Of a stretch of DNA of 64,000 nucleotides, positions 56,282-64,000 are shown in pieces. The notes below the pieces were generated by a model that was not told the DNA's origin, did not search any database, and saw only the letters and a list, made by a program, of their open reading frames with translations. A program made the translations under genes and the position numbers. Position 1 is the stretch's first letter. Each line of letters begins with the position of its first letter. The stretch lies in sequence record OR493421.1. One strand, 5' to 3'.

Positions 56282-56722
56282 TTAAATACTCCTTTTACGA
56301 AAGGCACTAAAGTCAGACATTAGCACCAGACCTTTGATTTCAGTACAACGATAAACGGAATGTCTAAAATCAAATATCCCTCGCATGTTAATGGTGATAG
56401 GCTGATACCGATTGATGGTATCTTCCAGTATTTTGCGCATTCTTCCTTCGGGTCGAAGCGTACCGGTGACTTTGAAATCTAGGGGGTTGATCCTTATATT
56501 AGTAACGGACCCGCAGATATTTACTGGTGAATCTTTATCACTCAGACCTCGATAAAGTTCGAGTTTGATAGCGGGATTTTTCTTGACCCACTCAAACACG
56601 ATTTTCTGCTCTATTTCAAACGTCGAAAAAGAAAATAGCGTTACCTCTACTGCATCACCTACCCTCTCATAACGATCGTTGATATAAGCTGTGTTACGAT
56701 AAATATTTCTGTCTTCCCGCAT
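56282..56722 (-). CDS. hypothetical protein resembling an inactive T4 gp21-type protease domain
   Basis: LELYRG...PVNI...VTGTLRPEG...INMRG; start set at MREDRN behind AAGGA. Confidence 0.55.
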   Translation of the reverse strand: MREDRNIYRNTAYINDRYERVGDAVEVTLFSFSTFEIEQKIVFEWVKKNPAIKLELYRGLSDKDSPVNICGSVTNIRINPLDFKVTGTLRPEGRMRKILEDTINRYQPITINMRGIFDFRHSVYRCTEIKGLVLMSDFSAFRKRSI

Positions 56723-56734
56723 TTCACTTTCCTT

Positions 56735-56759
56735 AAAAAAGGAGGGCCCGAAGGCCCCC
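56735..56759 (-). terminator. intrinsic terminator with cUUCGg tetraloop
   Basis: Minus strand GGGGGCC-UUCG-GGCCCUCC-UUUUUU. Confidence 0.85.
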
Positions 56760-56786
56760 AAAATAACTACCACAACTACACAGCAA

Positions 56787-57164
56787 TTAGATTTCGATAA
56801 CGACAATTTCGGTATCGGGGATGTCCCGCAGGTACTCTGCTAAGAGAGCGGCCTCCCGAGTACCATGATCGGAAAGATCGCGACATACGGATTCAATGCA
56901 TTCAGGCGAGAAATAGTAAATGGCGGAGCACATGCAAATGCCGGAGTCAAAACGTCCTTCCCATTTCGTTTCCAGGATATCCAAAGCAGAGACGGGTAAT
57001 CTGAATTCTTGACCTTCAATGCAACCCTCCCTGGAACCTAGTGCCATTTCAATGTCTTCGATGTCGGTAACCCAACCTTCGTTCTTAGTCAGGTCCTCGA
57101 AGAAATCCTGATCTTTCTCTTCCAGTTCTTGTCTGGAACAATGATAAACAGTAACATCGTACAT
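56787..57164 (-). CDS. hypothetical acidic protein (paralogue of 57603..58001)
   Basis: 125 aa; shared motifs listed in findings. Confidence 0.75.
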   Translation of the reverse strand: MYDVTVYHCSRQELEEKDQDFFEDLTKNEGWVTDIEDIEMALGSREGCIEGQEFRLPVSALDILETKWEGRFDSGICMCSAIYYFSPECIESVCRDLSDHGTREAALLAEYLRDIPDTEIVVIEI

Positions 57165-57176
57165 GATAGACTTCCT

Positions 57177-57587
57177 TTAAGCATATTGAACGACAAGATG
57201 GTGGGTGGAGTAATTGATTTTAGTCCTTACAGAAAATAACGTGTTCAAAACGAATTGTTTTTCATCCCTTCCCCATCCGGACCAAGTACGAGAAAAATCG
57301 GTGAATTCAATTAAATCATTTTCACTAAACCACATGGAGAATGGGATTTCCACATCCTTTATAGAAGAACAAAGTTTTTTATCGACGATCCAGTCCAAAA
57401 GGCAATAAACAATATTGGACGTTCCTGAGAATTGAAAGATCTCCGGTCTAACTTCCTTGTCGTGAGAAAACACCCGTAACCAAATAAGTTCGTCAAGGAT
57501 GTCATCGAACTTATTGTCGGGAAAGGGATACACCTTATCCGCTTCAGGAACCCTTTTAATTTTGTTGAAAGACAATCTTGTTCCCAT
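57177..57587 (-). CDS. hypothetical protein
   Basis: 136 aa, AGGAG RBS. Confidence 0.75.
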   Translation of the reverse strand: MGTRLSFNKIKRVPEADKVYPFPDNKFDDILDELIWLRVFSHDKEVRPEIFQFSGTSNIVYCLLDWIVDKKLCSSIKDVEIPFSMWFSENDLIEFTDFSRTWSGWGRDEKQFVLNTLFSVRTKINYSTHHLVVQYA

Positions 57588-57602
57588 GATTATCTCCTAA
57601 AG

Positions 57603-58001
57603 TTATTCGTCTTCTTCTTCGACGGGCTGAGCTTCGATTAAAACCGACGTTTCTTCCGGCAAACATAAGAGGAAAGTCACGACTCTGATAGTAAAGAGCT
57701 CCTTGACTTCTTTTAGTTTATTTAAAGCACCTTTAAGTAGATCGGACGGGAACATATAAACGTCCTCCATCTTGTGAATCTCCGGATCCTCAAACTTATT
57801 CTCCCACTCCTTAGCGAGAATATTGAATCCTTCATCGGAAATGATGAATTCGTGCGCCGTTAGTTCAATCCCCATTTCGGTTATCTCCTGTACATCAAAG
57901 AGATAACCGAAAGTCACTTCCAGTTCCTTTAAAAGTTTTTCTTTGAGGCCCGCCCCTAAGAAGCTTGACCTCGGGGCTGTGTAGATTATAATCTTTTTCA
58001 T
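57603..58001 (-). CDS. hypothetical acidic protein (paralogue of 56787..57164)
   Basis: 132 aa, GAGG RBS. Confidence 0.75.
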   Translation of the reverse strand: MKKIIIYTAPRSSFLGAGLKEKLLKELEVTFGYLFDVQEITEMGIELTAHEFIISDEGFNILAKEWENKFEDPEIHKMEDVYMFPSDLLKGALNKLKEVKELFTIRVVTFLLCLPEETSVLIEAQPVEEEDE

Positions 58002-58018
58002 GTAACCCTCAGTTGGAT

Positions 58019-58504
58019 TTAACCTAACGCCATAAAACGACCAGGGCAGATTTCTATCGCTCCTTGAACCCTAACCACTTCTCTTGATTCGTTCAGATCG
58101 AAGTAATAAAACTGCTTCTTGTTATCTTGGACCAGGACCGAAGAGCGATTCTGATCTTGGTCTTGTACAATTAAAAAACAGCCATCGATTAGATGATCGA
58201 TACTTTCAACCCAGTCGGTAAGTTTTGGTCTTGTTAGAATGCCGGACTGAGCGATATGAACGACCTGACCTTTTCTGAAAGGTTCTTCTTTGGGTTGGGT
58301 ATTAGGAGAGCCCTTAAATTCTTCCTTTAGAAATCCCTCCCTTATCCAGATTCTTTGCCCTTGATAGATGAGTCCGGCGTTGATAATGCCGTTGTCCTCA
58401 GCTATATCGTATCCGATAGCAGGATTCCCACAAAAATGGTTTGCTATTTCTGACAGCGTATCGCCTGGCTTAACAATATAAACTTTTTGATTAACGAGTT
58501 TCAC
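58019..58504 (-). CDS. LysM-domain protein
   Basis: YIVKPGDTLSEIA...NGI...LIYQGQRIWI. Confidence 0.9.
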   Translation of the reverse strand: MKLVNQKVYIVKPGDTLSEIANHFCGNPAIGYDIAEDNGIINAGLIYQGQRIWIREGFLKEEFKGSPNTQPKEEPFRKGQVVHIAQSGILTRPKLTDWVESIDHLIDGCFLIVQDQDQNRSSVLVQDNKKQFYYFDLNESREVVRVQGAIEICPGRFMALG

Positions 58505-58542
58505 GATGCCTTTCCTTAATGATAGGTTGTGTTTACATAACG

Positions 58543-58550
58543 GTAATATA
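58543..58550 (-). promoter_or_regulatory. early promoter TATATTAC
   Basis: Exact match, followed by N5-TGTAAAC as at 181. Confidence 0.72.
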
Positions 58551-58626
58551 GAACTGAAAACTTCTATGTGTCGAAAGTCTAAAATGCTATGATCGTTTAT
58601 TACTAACTAATTCAGAGAATAGCGAA

Positions 58627-59007
58627 ATGGAAGAATTTAGTTTTACCGACATCCCGCTTGACTACGTTATAACCGAGGATAAATTTCGGTTCAGAGAAGA
58701 TTACCCGACCCCAGAAGTCACCGTCCCTAAAGGCTTGGTAACGGACGGGGCGAGTGTTCCTCGTTGGCTACAGGGTTTATACCCAGCTTACTATAAATAT
58801 TTCCCGGCTGCAGCTGTGCACGATTACATGTACGGTTCCGGGTTATACGAAAGGAAAGAGTGTGACAATCTCTTCCGAGACAATATGCGTTATCGTTTAA
58901 AACTCAGCTGGCGCTACTGGCTTGTAATGTGGGTATTCGTCCGACTCTGCGGATCCTCTCATTTTACCAAACGTAAAGCTGAGGGCAACGTCATCCAAAA
59001 AAGATAA
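58627..59007 (+). CDS. DUF1353 family protein
   Basis: VPKGLVTDGASVP and AAAVHDYMY signature. Confidence 0.85.
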   Translation: MEEFSFTDIPLDYVITEDKFRFREDYPTPEVTVPKGLVTDGASVPRWLQGLYPAYYKYFPAAAVHDYMYGSGLYERKECDNLFRDNMRYRLKLSWRYWLVMWVFVRLCGSSHFTKRKAEGNVIQKR

Positions 59008-59014
59008 ACTTTAT

Positions 59015-59045
59015 TTATCCTACCTGGGATTCCCAGGTAGGATAA
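59015..59045. terminator. bidirectional terminator
   Basis: ttatcctacctggga-t-tcccaggtaggataa. Confidence 0.8.
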
Positions 59046-59065
59046 GGTTTTTGTTTTATTGCAAG

Positions 59066-59929
59066 TTACACCGTAAACGGATATTTGATCGGGTCGTAGT
59101 CACTGAAGTAACCGATAAGTTTGACGTCGTTCTTAGTCATCTTATCGATATCTTCCAGGGTGCGGATATTTGGATTAACCCAGAACTGAGTATCTGTTCG
59201 GTGAGGAGTTCTTTTGAGTTGCTCTTTAGCCAACTCCAGCTGGTTCTCGTAGATATGCGCGTTGACCACGTGATGAGTGACCTGACCGGCGATATGTCCC
59301 GTGACCTGAGCCATCAGCTGTAAGAAGAAATAACATTGAAGCATATTTGCCGGTCCACCTAACGCCCAATCGAAGCTTCTTTGCACCGAGGTGAGATGGA
59401 GTTTATTGCCGAGTAGGGTAAACTGGTGCGTGTGCATACAAGGACGCAAACACCCATAATCAAATTCCCCGGGATTCCAGAAAGTCAGAATCTCTCCGCG
59501 ATCATCAATACCTCGATTAAGGTTGTCGATGATTTTCTTCAGCTGGTCTAACTTAGCACCGAATTGGTTGGTCCAATCTCGACCTTGAACACCATAGACC
59601 CGACCCATGTCATCCTCGCCTTTACGGTTAGGATTTTTCAACCAGGCTTCGTTCTCGTTGGCATTGGAGTTCCAGGTGTTGGAGCCCAGTTCGCGGAATT
59701 CAGCAGCGTTCCCTTTCCCTTGCAAGTAAGCAATGAATTCCCCTAACCCTCCTTTATAAGGGACGGGGCGAGTGGAGAGAACAGGAGTCAACCCGTTTTC
59801 CACGTCGTAATGAAGGGTCTCATTAGCCACGGTTAAGCACCGCACACCGGTACGTTTGTTCTCTACCCACACGCCTTCTTCTAGAATGCGCTCCCCTAAA
59901 TCCAAATATTGTTGCTCTGGAGTTTTCAT
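59066..59929 (-). CDS. thyA: thymidylate synthase (Vibrio/Pasteurellaceae-like subtype)
   Basis: KRTG, MGRVYGVQGR, LRPC catalytic Cys, QRSxD, HIYENQ, C-terminal YPFTV. Confidence 0.96.
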   Translation of the reverse strand: MKTPEQQYLDLGERILEEGVWVENKRTGVRCLTVANETLHYDVENGLTPVLSTRPVPYKGGLGEFIAYLQGKGNAAEFRELGSNTWNSNANENEAWLKNPNRKGEDDMGRVYGVQGRDWTNQFGAKLDQLKKIIDNLNRGIDDRGEILTFWNPGEFDYGCLRPCMHTHQFTLLGNKLHLTSVQRSFDWALGGPANMLQCYFFLQLMAQVTGHIAGQVTHHVVNAHIYENQLELAKEQLKRTPHRTDTQFWVNPNIRTLEDIDKMTKNDVKLIGYFSDYDPIKYPFTV

Positions 59930-60328
59930 TTATTCCTCTTCCACTGTAAAATGTGCGTCAATCAAAATAGACGATCGCCCTTTCGGATAATCGCCGAGTT
60001 GGACTAACACCATTGCTTGGGTCTGATCCAAGCATTTGATCTTAATTGACATCGGTTCGATCTCTCCAGAATTATGACATACTGGTTCGGTCACCAAACT
60101 TATTAGTGTCGCACCACTAAAAACTTCAATTGATTGGGCGGTGACCTTGATGTCTTTACTAACTGGGTCATTGAGAGGTATGATCGTTACTTTATCAATA
60201 ACGATTTGTTTGAAATTGACGGAATGCTTAGAACAAAAGGTTAGATTGAAAGCACGTTGGGCGACCGCCAAGGCGTTGGTGGTGGGAACCGAAATGGTGA
60301 CCTCTTTTTCAATAGACAAAGTTTTCAT
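59930..60328 (-). CDS. hypothetical protein
   Basis: 132-aa beta-rich ORF abutting thyA. Confidence 0.7.
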   Translation of the reverse strand: MKTLSIEKEVTISVPTTNALAVAQRAFNLTFCSKHSVNFKQIVIDKVTIIPLNDPVSKDIKVTAQSIEVFSGATLISLVTEPVCHNSGEIEPMSIKIKCLDQTQAMVLVQLGDYPKGRSSILIDAHFTVEEE

Positions 60329-60336
60329 ATGCTATC

Positions 60337-60777
60337 CTAATAATTTGAGCTTTGTTTTCGCTGCATCTTGGCGATAGCGTCAGACACCCTACTTTTAAGC
60401 TCCGTGTTTTTAATTTGATTGTGTAACGTAAACGAATCCATTCGCAGTACGTCCAACAGTTCTTCAATATCGGCGCCGTCTGTTTCTAGATAAGCGTGGA
60501 TCATGCTATCGAAAGGATCTTTTAACATCCTTTCGCGTTCTACCCTCATTACGATCGTGGATTTGTTTTTGTGTAACCAGTCGAACAAAGGCCCGAAAGA
60601 AAACATCAGCACTATACTGACCACACACAATGTTAGCCAAAGAACAGAACTAGTTGCAAAACTTGCGCATAGCGTTCCGATCAGACAGAACATACTAATA
60701 AAAGTAAGGATCTCCCCCCAGTCCTTCAATGTTCTTTTTTCGTACCATAACGAACAGGCTTGTTTTACCCAAATCAT
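60337..60777 (-). CDS. membrane protein (two TM)
   Basis: Two hydrophobic helices plus soluble C-terminus. Confidence 0.7.
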   Translation of the reverse strand: MIWVKQACSLWYEKRTLKDWGEILTFISMFCLIGTLCASFATSSVLWLTLCVVSIVLMFSFGPLFDWLHKNKSTIVMRVERERMLKDPFDSMIHAYLETDGADIEELLDVLRMDSFTLHNQIKNTELKSRVSDAIAKMQRKQSSNY

Positions 60778-60780
60778 GTT

Positions 60781-61137
60781 CTACTCCTCGACGTCTCCGT
60801 CTGGATTATCCCGAGTGATCTGCAAAGGCAACATCGCCCCTGTCTTACCTTTATACAAACACTCACCAAGAATCCAACTGTATTCGGTATACGTCTTATA
60901 CGTTTTACCGTAGAAATAACATTTGGTTGTGTGATAAAGGGGCTTGATACAAATTAGAGTATAAACACCCAGCGCGATTGTTAAGACGATTAAAAACTTC
61001 TTCCAATGAAGTTTTATCCAGTCGTCCCAGTATACCAGCTGCGGGTCTTTTCTCTTTTTAAAGAGCAAGTATCCCACCCCGAATAAAAGGCCGGCAATAA
61101 GGATTAATCCGGCGTAGAATATTCCCATTATTTCCAT
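60781..61137 (-). CDS. membrane protein (two TM, Cys pair in C-terminal domain)
   Basis: Hydrophobic segments; CYFYG...GECLYK. Confidence 0.7.
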   Translation of the reverse strand: MEIMGIFYAGLILIAGLLFGVGYLLFKKRKDPQLVYWDDWIKLHWKKFLIVLTIALGVYTLICIKPLYHTTKCYFYGKTYKTYTEYSWILGECLYKGKTGAMLPLQITRDNPDGDVEE

Positions 61138-61319
61138 CCTTTATATTTCAGGAGTTGCCAGACGATATGTAAAAATATCCCTACTGCAGAGATAGGCCAT
61201 ATGACGATGAAGATATAGCGCTTCATCGGCTTGTAACCGTCGTTACGCGTCTCCCAGATCAGGAGAGGGATAACGGTGAGCCAAACTACTAAAACAATAA
61301 CAGCATTTGAGATTACCAC
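61128..61319 (-). CDS. small membrane protein (two TM)
   Basis: 63 aa, overlaps both neighbours. Confidence 0.65.
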   Translation of the reverse strand: MVISNAVIVLVVWLTVIPLLIWETRNDGYKPMKRYIFIVIWPISAVGIFLHIVWQLLKYKGWK

Positions 61320-61720
61320 GATGATCCTCCTTTTTCCACCCTTTTACCTGGTTCGATATAATACCAACCATCACTTTTTAGAGTGGGTATAAAAGCCACG
61401 GTATTGAAACCAGTTCGTTTACACTTCTCGAAATAAGCCCCGTGTAAGAAAGAAGTAAGGATAGACCCCACTATCTCTTTAGCGATCCGGCCCTTAATAG
61501 TAAACGCCATGTTTTTTATTTTTCGGTTTCCCGTAGCCGAAGATTTGAATCGGATAGTTCGGAGAAGGGGATCGTACTCTACCGCCAAACTATTACCATC
61601 GGCTGTGATCTTTTTACCAAAGGCCTCGTAAAACCGACACAGCCCGGTCTTAGAAATACTGAGAACGTCATCTGTTATTTTGGGGCGATCATCCACCACG
61701 GAGTTTATTGGAACGAACAT
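61313..61720 (-). CDS. hypothetical protein, AbrB/MazE-like pattern (paralogue of 62207..62545)
   Basis: SISKTGLCRF...LAVEYDPLLRTIRF. Confidence 0.65.
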   Translation of the reverse strand: MFVPINSVVDDRPKITDDVLSISKTGLCRFYEAFGKKITADGNSLAVEYDPLLRTIRFKSSATGNRKIKNMAFTIKGRIAKEIVGSILTSFLHGAYFEKCKRTGFNTVAFIPTLKSDGWYYIEPGKRVEKGGSSW

Positions 61721-61729
61721 AAAGTTTCC

Positions 61730-62179
61730 TTAATTAGAGCTATCGGTTACGCTAGAGGATCGATACAGTTTAATCAACCCCTCGTCACTGAAGCTCTGGA
61801 CGTTGAATAGGATAAAACTTCCGTCGATCTCTTTAATAAACCAGCCCAGTTTATTAAACCCAGAAAAGGATTTGGCTACAAAGGCGGCTATTTGGCTATT
61901 CATCACCTGGATAATCGAACCCAGGTTAAAATACAGCCTTCCGTCGGAACCTTTAAAGATCGTTTGTTCTACTTTACCATTTAATAAAATTTTCTCTTTA
62001 ACGGGGTAAAGCGTGATCGTCAGTTCTTTAGTGTGAGCGACCATCGACTGAGGCGAAATGGTGAAGGGAATGAAATTAAAATCAAAGGGTTCCTTTAACC
62101 CTTCTACGGTAAAGATCGCTTTAAAATTTTCTAGATCTTCTGCGTCTATACCGAAAAACCAAATGTTATCTAATTGCAT
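61730..62179 (-). CDS. hypothetical protein
   Basis: 149 aa, AGGA RBS. Confidence 0.7.
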   Translation of the reverse strand: MQLDNIWFFGIDAEDLENFKAIFTVEGLKEPFDFNFIPFTISPQSMVAHTKELTITLYPVKEKILLNGKVEQTIFKGSDGRLYFNLGSIIQVMNSQIAAFVAKSFSGFNKLGWFIKEIDGSFILFNVQSFSDEGLIKLYRSSSVTDSSN

Positions 62180-62206
62180 GATATTTTTCCTAAATTGATA
62201 CTCGAG

Positions 62207-62545
62207 TTAAAATTGTGCGCAATACCAGCCGTCTTGTTCTTTGACTTTGATGGTAACAGTATGTCCAAGAACTTCAACGATATCTGGATTATCCATCTTT
62301 TTACCGTATTCTGCTTTTCTAAGAATAGGCGCTATTAAATGGACACATGCGGTAGGACTTAACTTAATAAACCCTTTATAATACTTATTCCCCTCAGTGC
62401 CGCTAGGACGGAATCTGAGCGTTCTCTCTTCTACTGACCACTCTACTATTAATCTTGGGACAAAATGTCCTATGATCCCCCTGAGTGGGTTTAATATAGT
62501 TAATCTTCCGTAACTCGCTAAAGCTATTTTTAATTCATGTTCCAT
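62207..62545 (-). CDS. hypothetical protein, AbrB/MazE-like pattern
   Basis: LASYGRLTILNPLRGII...LIVEWSVEERTLRFRP; GGAGG RBS. Confidence 0.65.
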   Translation of the reverse strand: MEHELKIALASYGRLTILNPLRGIIGHFVPRLIVEWSVEERTLRFRPSGTEGNKYYKGFIKLSPTACVHLIAPILRKAEYGKKMDNPDIVEVLGHTVTIKVKEQDGWYCAQF

Positions 62546-62621
62546 ACCAAAGGAACCTCCAGGGTGCTGTGGATTTTCAAGCGTCTGAGTTTATCCCTGG
62601 TCGATTGGGAACGCTTTTCAT

Positions 62622-62834
62622 TTAGAAACTCCCAGCCGCCAAGAAACAAATCGTTTTTGTTGTCACAATTATCCCGAGTCCCGCCTGAATCCAATAAATG
62701 ATCAGATCAGTTTTATTCGGGTTCTTGCAGTATTCGATATAGGACGTTACACATTTTAGTAAAACGTAAACCGTACACATGACCTGAACGATAAACCATC
62801 CCTTAGAAACCGGAGCGAAAAAGAAATCGATCAT
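62622..62834 (-). CDS. small membrane protein (two TM)
   Basis: 70 aa hydrophobic; ATGA overlap. Confidence 0.65.
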   Translation of the reverse strand: MIDFFFAPVSKGWFIVQVMCTVYVLLKCVTSYIEYCKNPNKTDLIIYWIQAGLGIIVTTKTICFLAAGSF

Positions 62835-63097
62835 TTGTTAACTCCTTTTTCCATTTCATGCGATTCCCCGGTTTTTAAATCCACCCGGTAGCAGCGCTGA
62901 GCACCTCCGGTCACAGCGGAATCATTAGGACGACAAATGGTCGCATTGTCGTGGTCCATGACGGTTACCGTTCCATCGCTGCACTGATAGACCGTCTTTT
63001 CGTAATGATCCATCGCAACACAACTCCCGGTAACTGTAGAGTTTTTCGCATAGGACAGACTGCAACATAAAACTAACAACCCTAAGAAATATTTCAT
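62831..63097 (-). CDS. secreted Cys-rich small protein
   Basis: Signal peptide MKYFLGLLVLCCSLSYA; four Cys in the mature part. Confidence 0.75.
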   Translation of the reverse strand: MKYFLGLLVLCCSLSYAKNSTVTGSCVAMDHYEKTVYQCSDGTVTVMDHDNATICRPNDSAVTGGAQRCYRVDLKTGESHEMEKGVNK

Positions 63098-63819
63098 TTT
63101 AAAGATTCCTTAATCTTCGCCCACTGGGCTTTTAACAGTTCGGTGTAAAAAGCTTTGTTGTCAGAATATAATCCGACCGAATAAGCTTGGTTAACTTCTA
63201 CCAATGCCGTGTCTCCGGAAGATAATACGCCGACATCCAAAACTACGGGATAGAGATTGTTTTTATGAATGACCTCTATCATTTTTGAGATGGCTTTATA
63301 ATGAGGGAGGACGTGAGGGTCGCCGCTGTAATGAACCGGATCGAAGCAGAATGGGTTTTGAAGGTAGATTCTCCATTCACTGACCCATTCAACAACTTCT
63401 GAAATATATATCGGGATACTGGACTTAACGAAGTTTAAACGATAATCGGTGATATCTTCAGCTACGAATCCGGTAAAAGCTTTGGTTTCTAACTTGGGTT
63501 TTATGAAAATAGGAAAGCGGTTGGGATTGAGGAAACGCTTGGTCGTAACGGATATTTCCCGGTGTAAGAAATCCTTTAATACTACCGGATAACAGTCAAA
63601 ATCTTCCTCATATCCCATTTGTTTAAATGCCGCTTCTACGAAAGGAAGTGAACCTGCGACAAGATCATAATCCATGATGTTCCCGTCATATCTCTTCCTT
63701 ATCAGCTGCTTTAAACTGCGTCTAACGATCGAGGCTTCTTCTCCTATTTCTTTATAGTGATCGAAAATAGCTTGTTCTTCTTTACGGAGCTTCATTGAGT
63801 GATGTTCAAGCAGTATCAC
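63094..63819 (-). CDS. ATP-grasp protein (DUF4343/R2K-like)
   Basis: FIKP, K.FTG.V, SEVVEWVSEWRIY, VLDVG, LVEVN. Confidence 0.85.
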   Translation of the reverse strand: MILLEHHSMKLRKEEQAIFDHYKEIGEEASIVRRSLKQLIRKRYDGNIMDYDLVAGSLPFVEAAFKQMGYEEDFDCYPVVLKDFLHREISVTTKRFLNPNRFPIFIKPKLETKAFTGFVAEDITDYRLNFVKSSIPIYISEVVEWVSEWRIYLQNPFCFDPVHYSGDPHVLPHYKAISKMIEVIHKNNLYPVVLDVGVLSSGDTALVEVNQAYSVGLYSDNKAFYTELLKAQWAKIKESLK

Positions 63820-63823
63820 GGTG

Positions 63824-64000
63824 TTATCCCTCCAGAGCTTTAGTTATCGCCGCTGCTTTGGCTAGAAATGCCTCGATCTCTTTGGCAGTGTAGTACTCGT
63901 AATGACCCGATGTGTTGCAGCATACCGTTCCCCACGGAAATAATTTTTCTATGCCTAATACAAAGAACCCATCGTGGTTCCAGCACGTTATCCACCTTTC
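63824..64000 (-). CDS. hypothetical protein, 5' part outside the window
   Basis: Open frame ERWITCWNHDG...KALEG-stop just upstream of the ATP-grasp gene. Confidence 0.6.
   Translation of the reverse strand, partial: ERWITCWNHDGFFVLGIEKLFPWGTVCCNTSGHYEYYTAKEIEAFLAKAAAITKALEG

Noticed and set aside
12128-59045. Similar hairpins as CRISPR repeats or mobile REP elements
   Set aside because: Single copies at gene ends, not arrayed, no spacers or transposase.
59066-59929. ThyA as a dCMP hydroxymethylase (modified-base system)
   Set aside because: The specificity residue is Asn, not Asp, the rest is a typical Vibrio-like ThyA, and no modification genes are adjacent.
1-64000. tRNA, rRNA or CRISPR arrays
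   Set aside because: No cloverleaf in an intergenic gap and no repeat-spacer array found by eye; tRNAscan-SE and a CRISPR finder would confirm.

Overview
This window is a segment of a phiKZ/SPN3US-like jumbo myophage genome (inferred Chimalliviridae; the nuclear-shell gene is not in the window), probably infecting a gamma-proteobacterium. The left two thirds follow the conserved family gene order: terminase large subunit (split in its Walker A motif by a class-3-type LAGLIDADG intein), three virion genes, tail sheath and tube, prohead protease, four subunits of the split virion RNA polymerase, a PG-binding transglycosylase, a 2268-aa tape measure with a GH19 domain, UvsX, an RNase H-fold protein and an SF2 helicase. 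The right third is a minus-strand accessory region with TATATTAC-like early promoters, tdk, thyA, a GroEL-like chaperonin, LysM, DUF1353, an ATP-grasp protein and small paralogous or membrane genes. No tRNA, rRNA or CRISPR array was seen. Best leads: (1) a 46-aa microprotein ending in a near-copy of the redox-active C-terminal tail of ribonucleotide reductase NrdA; (2) two HslV/proteasome-beta-like genes just upstream of the chaperonin; (3) a T4-gp16-like small terminase candidate; (4) the Leu1 class 3 intein; (5) a three-way-junction leader RNA; (6) apparently inactive RNase H and prohead-protease homologues. Family assignments rest on motifs and remembered gene order, not on database searches.
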